Both the position numbers and the translations under genes were made by a program. From a virus, in the IMG/VR virus record IMGVR_UViG_3300031718_000001, positions 1-64,000 of that record: DNA of 64,000 bases. One strand, 5' to 3'. The notes beneath the pieces were generated by a model, which was not told the DNA's origin, did not search any database, and saw nothing but the letters and a program-made list of their open reading frames with translations. Position 1 is the first letter of the stretch, and the number at the start of each line of letters is the position of its first letter. Positions 59,888 to 64,000 of the stretch are shown here, one piece after another.

Positions 59888-60508
59888 ATGCACACGGCAC
59901 CAGCGGGCCTGGGGACGCGCACAGCGCACGACCCGGGCGACCCCCTGATCACCTCTCACTGCCCGTTCTGCGGCTCCGGCCAGGTCGTCGGGCGCTCAGA
60001 CGGGACTATCTCGTGTGACTTCTGCGGCCAGAACTACATCGTCAGGGTCCAGCCTGCGTTCCCCGGCATGCCCCAGATGCCGAACGGGCCGGGTGCGCCC
60101 TCGGACATCGGTCCTGACGGCGGACTGGTTGATCCGGGCATGATCGGCCCAGACGGGATGCCTATGGACGAAGGCGGCATTCCGGGTGATGATGAGGGCG
60201 AGGACCCGGGACTCGCTGGCCCCGATGAAGGAGATCCTCTGGACGAAGGCGGAGGCGACGATAACGCGCCTCCGCCTTCGGGACCGCCTTCAGATGATGG
60301 CGATAGCAAGAAAGATTCTAAGCCATCATCCAAGGACAAAAGCAAGAAGTCCGGTAAGCCGCCATTCAAGAAGAAGTCGATCCGCACCTATCACGGCATC
60401 GGAGGCCAGGTCCTGACCGAGGACCAGTTCACCCGGCACATCGCGGTCGCCCTGTCCGGCGGCGACCCCCGGGTCCTGGCGGCCGTCCGCGCGGACGCCA
60501 GCCGGTGA
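59888..60508 (+). CDS. zinc-ribbon head-associated protein
   Basis: RTAH then HCPFCGSGQV..DGTISCDFC..VQP; acidic Pro/Gly linker; near the portal. Confidence 0.6.
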   Translation: MHTAPAGLGTRTAHDPGDPLITSHCPFCGSGQVVGRSDGTISCDFCGQNYIVRVQPAFPGMPQMPNGPGAPSDIGPDGGLVDPGMIGPDGMPMDEGGIPGDDEGEDPGLAGPDEGDPLDEGGGDDNAPPPSGPPSDDGDSKKDSKPSSKDKSKKSGKPPFKKKSIRTYHGIGGQVLTEDQFTRHIAVALSGGDPRVLAAVRADASR

Positions 60509-60894
60509 GCGGCAAGTCCACTTCGACCGGCCTGCCGCCCGGCCTGCGGGTGCGCGGCGACATCGGCGACCGCGTGATCCGCAACGCCATGGAGATCCCG
60601 GTGCTCGCCGAGGTGACGGACGGGGTGTGGATGCCGCTGATGCCCTGCTCGACCTGGGAGCAGTGGCGCCAGCTCGCCCAGGCCATCCTGGATACGCCGA
60701 TGCCGGAGCTGGAGTAAGTACGCCCGTGTACGGTTACTGCCGCGATGATGACGTATTCATCGGCTTCGGTGCTGCCGGAGTGATCCGCCCGCCCGAGGAG
60801 CACGCCGGAGATCCAGCGTGGCTCGCTGACCACTGCTGGGTTTGCCTGCGGTCCAGGGCCGAGATCCAGGCAGCCTCGGCCGTATGATCAGCGG

Positions 60895-61251
60895 GTGAGC
60901 AGTCCGCTGAAGCTCTGCATCGCCACGCTGGCAAAGGACGAGCCGCGCGGGTTCGACAGCGCCATCATCAGCGTTCCCCGGCGCTGGTACCTCACCGTCG
61001 GCGACGAGCTGTGCTTCGTCGCCCAGCTCGCCGGGCGCGACCTCCGCGGACTGTCGGAGCGGCTTGCCGCAGGCATCGGCGAGCGGCTGCATCATGCTGA
61101 ATGGACGATCACCAGCAGCCCGGAAGACGTACGCACGCTCGGCCTGATGCACGACTGCACTTCATGCCGGGCCGGGGTGGACCAGGCGCTCGCGCTCCTT
61201 TCCGAGCATCCTGACACAGAGGTTGCCGTCGGTCAGCTCTGGTGGGCGTGA
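60895..61251 (+). CDS. hypothetical protein
   Basis: HDCxxC motif, codon bias. Confidence 0.5.
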   Translation: MSSPLKLCIATLAKDEPRGFDSAIISVPRRWYLTVGDELCFVAQLAGRDLRGLSERLAAGIGERLHHAEWTITSSPEDVRTLGLMHDCTSCRAGVDQALALLSEHPDTEVAVGQLWWA

Positions 61252-61478
61252 TGGACCCGATCGGCCGGTTCATCGCCACGCTGCACAACCTCATCGGCCA
61301 CGACAAGGCCGCGGCTTATCTCGGCCAGCCCGCCGGCGATAAGCGCGACTGCGTGATCTGCCGCTACGAGAACCGCCCCGCCGACGCGAACCGCGCTGCC
61401 GTCATCGCGGCGCTCGCTCCTCCGGCCGCCCCGCAGAAGTAATAGAGGGCAGGGCGCCCTCCGAGGAGGGCGCAGCCG

Positions 61479-63785
61479 GTGAGGATCGCCTACAGGGCCG
61501 GGGAAGGCGCCGCGCGCACCGCGAGCATGCAGCAGCTCTCGCGCGGGTTCGCCTTCGGGGCCAAGGGCCTGCGTGACGACCAGATGACCGATGAGGTCCG
61601 GGAGGCTCGCAAGAACCGGCGCGTCAACGCCCGACAGGGGATGCTCGCGCGGCGTACCGCCCTGGCCGGCGGGGCCTCGGCCGGGTTCTCGGACATCCAG
61701 TTCGCGACTGGCAGGCCGCGTGACCCGCTGTTCTACTGGCGTCAGAACAACTTGCCGTATGACTTCAGCCAGAACGAGGAGCTATCGAAGGTCCGGGCGT
61801 TCTGCCGCCTGCTGTACCAGACCGACCCCATCGTCGGTAGCTGCGTCGATATCTTCTCCAAGTTCCCGGTCATCGGCGCCCACCTGGAGTGCAAGGACCA
61901 GCGGCTCACCGAGTTCTACGAGGGCCTTTTCTTCGACGAGGACGGCCTCGACTACGAGGAGTTCCTCGTGGACATGGGCCGCGAGTACTACACCTCCGGC
62001 GAGGCGTGGCCTTTCGCGACGTTCAACGAGGACCTGGGGATCTGGGACGACGAGGAACTGCTGAACCCGGACGACATCAAGGTCGAGCGCTCCCCGTTCC
62101 TCAAGGAGCCGCGCTACTTCATCCGGCTGCCCTGGACCATCCGGCAGATCCTGACCACCCGGCAGCCCGCCTGGGAGTACAACAAGCTGATCCAGGAATA
62201 CCCGGAGCTGGCCGCCTACACGGCCGAGAACGCGTTCATGCCGGTCAGCAACATCCTCCTCAAGCAGCTCAGGTTCAAAGGTGACACATTCAACCTCCGT
62301 GGCCTGCCCCTTCTCACACGTGCCATGCGGTCAATGCTCCAGCAGGAGATGCTCAACACCGCGCTCGACTCGATTGCAGACCGGCTCTACACCCCCCTCA
62401 TCCTCTGCAAGCTCGGAGCCTCAGCCACAGACCTCGGCACTTCCGTACCCTGGATTCCCACCGACGATGACCTGGAGAACTTCGAGCTTGCCCTCGACGC
62501 TGCTCTGGCAGGCGACTTCCGAGCCCTGATCCACAACTTCGCGGTCGATATCCAGCCGGTGTTCGGCCGCGAGAACATGCCCGACCTCACCCCCGACTTC
62601 GAGCGGATCGAGGACCGGGTGCTCCAGGTGTTCGGGCTGAGCCGCACGTTCCTGATGGGCGCCCAGGAGGGCCAGACGTACGCGGCCGACGCGCTCAACA
62701 AGCAGCTCGTCGAGCAGCTCATGACCCAGTACCAGAAGTACCTCAAGAAGCACTTCCGCCAGCGCGCCATGGTCGTCGCCGAGGCCCAGGAGCACTACGA
62801 CTACGAGGAGCGCAACGGGCGCCGGTTCGTGGTCATGGAAGAAGTCCTGGAGGTAGACGAGGAAACCGGCGAACGGCGGATCACCGAGCAGCCCAAGCTG
62901 CTGGTACCCGAGCTGGGCTTCGCGGTGCTCAACTTCCGGGACGAGGACACCACCAGGCAGTTCACCGAGGCGCTGCGCGCATCCGGCATTCCTATCTCGG
63001 CCCGCACCCGGACCCGCGGGCTCGGCATGGACCTGGACGAGGAGCGCGAGCGGTCCCAGGACGAGGCCATCGCCGACATCATCGCCCAGGCCCGGACCAG
63101 GCGCCAGGCGTTCATCGAGCTGCGCAACGAGGGCCTGCCGATCCCGGCCGACCTCATGGCCGACTTCGCGCCGTTCGCCCAGCAGGAAGGCGTGCCCCCC
63201 GCGCTCGCCGCCGAACAGGTCATGATCGACCGGATGGGCATCCAGCCCGAGTCGCTGCCCGACCTCGCCCCGACACCCGAGGACATGGCCCAGGGCGAGA
63301 TGGCAGACGAGGAGATGGGCAACGCCCCGCCCGAGGGCGAAGGACCAGAGCCCGGCGAAGGCGGGATCGAGGACGACCCGCAGCGCCCGCCCGAGTCCGA
63401 CCAGGAGCGTGATCAGATGCCCAAGGCTGCCCGCAAGCGCAGCATGCCCAGGCAGGGCGCGCTGTTCCGGCGCACCGGGCGGGTCCGCCAGATGGCCGCG
63501 CTCGCCCGTGCCGTGGACGAGTCGGGCGAGGATGCCGAGCGCGCCCGGCGGATCGCCGCCGCTGCCGGAGAGGGGCAGGACGAGCAGGACCTGGCCGGGT
63601 TCATCCTCGAAGCGCACCTGCCCGAGTCCGAGGACCAGGCCCGCCGCGGCGACGCCTGGTACTCCGGGCCGAGCCTGCGGGCTTACCAGGCTCCTGCTCA
63701 CGTCGGGATCCGGTCACGCCTGGGCGTCACCGAGGAAGACAGCGACCTGCTCGACTACGACAGGTACGTCCCCGCCGCGCGCTAG
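61479..63785 (+). CDS. portal protein
   Basis: P.VGSCVDIFSKFP, GEAWPF, LNPDDI.V, RGLPLL.R, ADRLYTP..L.KLG motifs; size; SD GAGGAGG. Confidence 0.85.
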   Translation: MRIAYRAGEGAARTASMQQLSRGFAFGAKGLRDDQMTDEVREARKNRRVNARQGMLARRTALAGGASAGFSDIQFATGRPRDPLFYWRQNNLPYDFSQNEELSKVRAFCRLLYQTDPIVGSCVDIFSKFPVIGAHLECKDQRLTEFYEGLFFDEDGLDYEEFLVDMGREYYTSGEAWPFATFNEDLGIWDDEELLNPDDIKVERSPFLKEPRYFIRLPWTIRQILTTRQPAWEYNKLIQEYPELAAYTAENAFMPVSNILLKQLRFKGDTFNLRGLPLLTRAMRSMLQQEMLNTALDSIADRLYTPLILCKLGASATDLGTSVPWIPTDDDLENFELALDAALAGDFRALIHNFAVDIQPVFGRENMPDLTPDFERIEDRVLQVFGLSRTFLMGAQEGQTYAADALNKQLVEQLMTQYQKYLKKHFRQRAMVVAEAQEHYDYEERNGRRFVVMEEVLEVDEETGERRITEQPKLLVPELGFAVLNFRDEDTTRQFTEALRASGIPISARTRTRGLGMDLDEERERSQDEAIADIIAQARTRRQAFIELRNEGLPIPADLMADFAPFAQQEGVPPALAAEQVMIDRMGIQPESLPDLAPTPEDMAQGEMADEEMGNAPPEGEGPEPGEGGIEDDPQRPPESDQERDQMPKAARKRSMPRQGALFRRTGRVRQMAALARAVDESGEDAERARRIAAAAGEGQDEQDLAGFILEAHLPESEDQARRGDAWYSGPSLRAYQAPAHVGIRSRLGVTEEDSDLLDYDRYVPAAR

Positions 63786-64000
63786 CCCCAGAAGGTCTGA
63801 GGAACCGACCGGAGGGGAGCGCCCGTGATCCACGCGCAGTGCAAGAACTGCGGCACCTGGGCCATCATCACCGACGGCAGCGACGTGCACGCGGCCGTCG
63901 ATGCGAAGGGCTGCACCTGCTGCCCGATCGATCACGCCCACGGCCAGGCGGCCAACGAGACCGGCACCCCGTGCCGGCCGCTGCTGATCACCGCCATGGA

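Noticed and set aside
60304-60320. TAGCAAGAAAGATTCTA, resembling the 17-bp element
   Set aside because: Lies inside Lys/Ser/Asp-rich coding sequence, has two mismatches and lacks promoter context
1-64000. CRISPR array, tRNA, rRNA, integrase or IS element
   Set aside because: No regularly spaced repeats, cloverleaf or recombinase/transposase motifs seen by eye; the 17-bp repeats are kilobases apart. tRNAscan-SE and Infernal were not run

Overview
This is 64 kb of a large, very GC-rich tailed-phage genome. The host is probably an actinobacterium: there is a WhiB gene, several apparently leaderless starts, and a TerL/portal/zinc-ribbon set reminiscent of Bxz1-like myoviruses. Plus-strand packaging and head genes (Cas4-like nuclease, RuvC-like, sigma-region-4 protein, TerL 4200-6323, head proteins 22134-26502, portal 61479-63785) flank a ~33 kb minus-strand block of accessory genes (26.5-59.3 kb). 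Five features stand out. (1) A 12 kb locus of giant polyvalent proteins (ParB-like, ART/Arr-like, GNAT, NUDIX, nucleotidyltransferase, zincin and 2H domains) whose domains are separated by recurrent [RKH]-T-A-[AG] and L-x-H-F-x-A linkers, suggesting protease-processed, capsid-packaged enzyme cargo. (2) Two apparent programmed -1 ribosomal frameshifts (C CCA AAA at 15586-15592; A AAT TTT at 23723-23729 with a downstream stem/pseudoknot), each opening a frame that begins with the same RTA linker. (3) A ~90-aa helical domain that ends two giant proteins and recurs as stand-alone genes in the accessory block. (4) Seventeen copies of a 17-bp element, TAGCAA(G/T)AAANNCTGTA, embedded in sigma70-like promoters in either orientation. 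(5) A dispersed set of candidate DNA-modification genes sharing that promoter (TGT/DpdA-like, two PAPS-reductase-like), plus a C5 methyltransferase. All product calls come from recognising motifs by eye; no database search was run.
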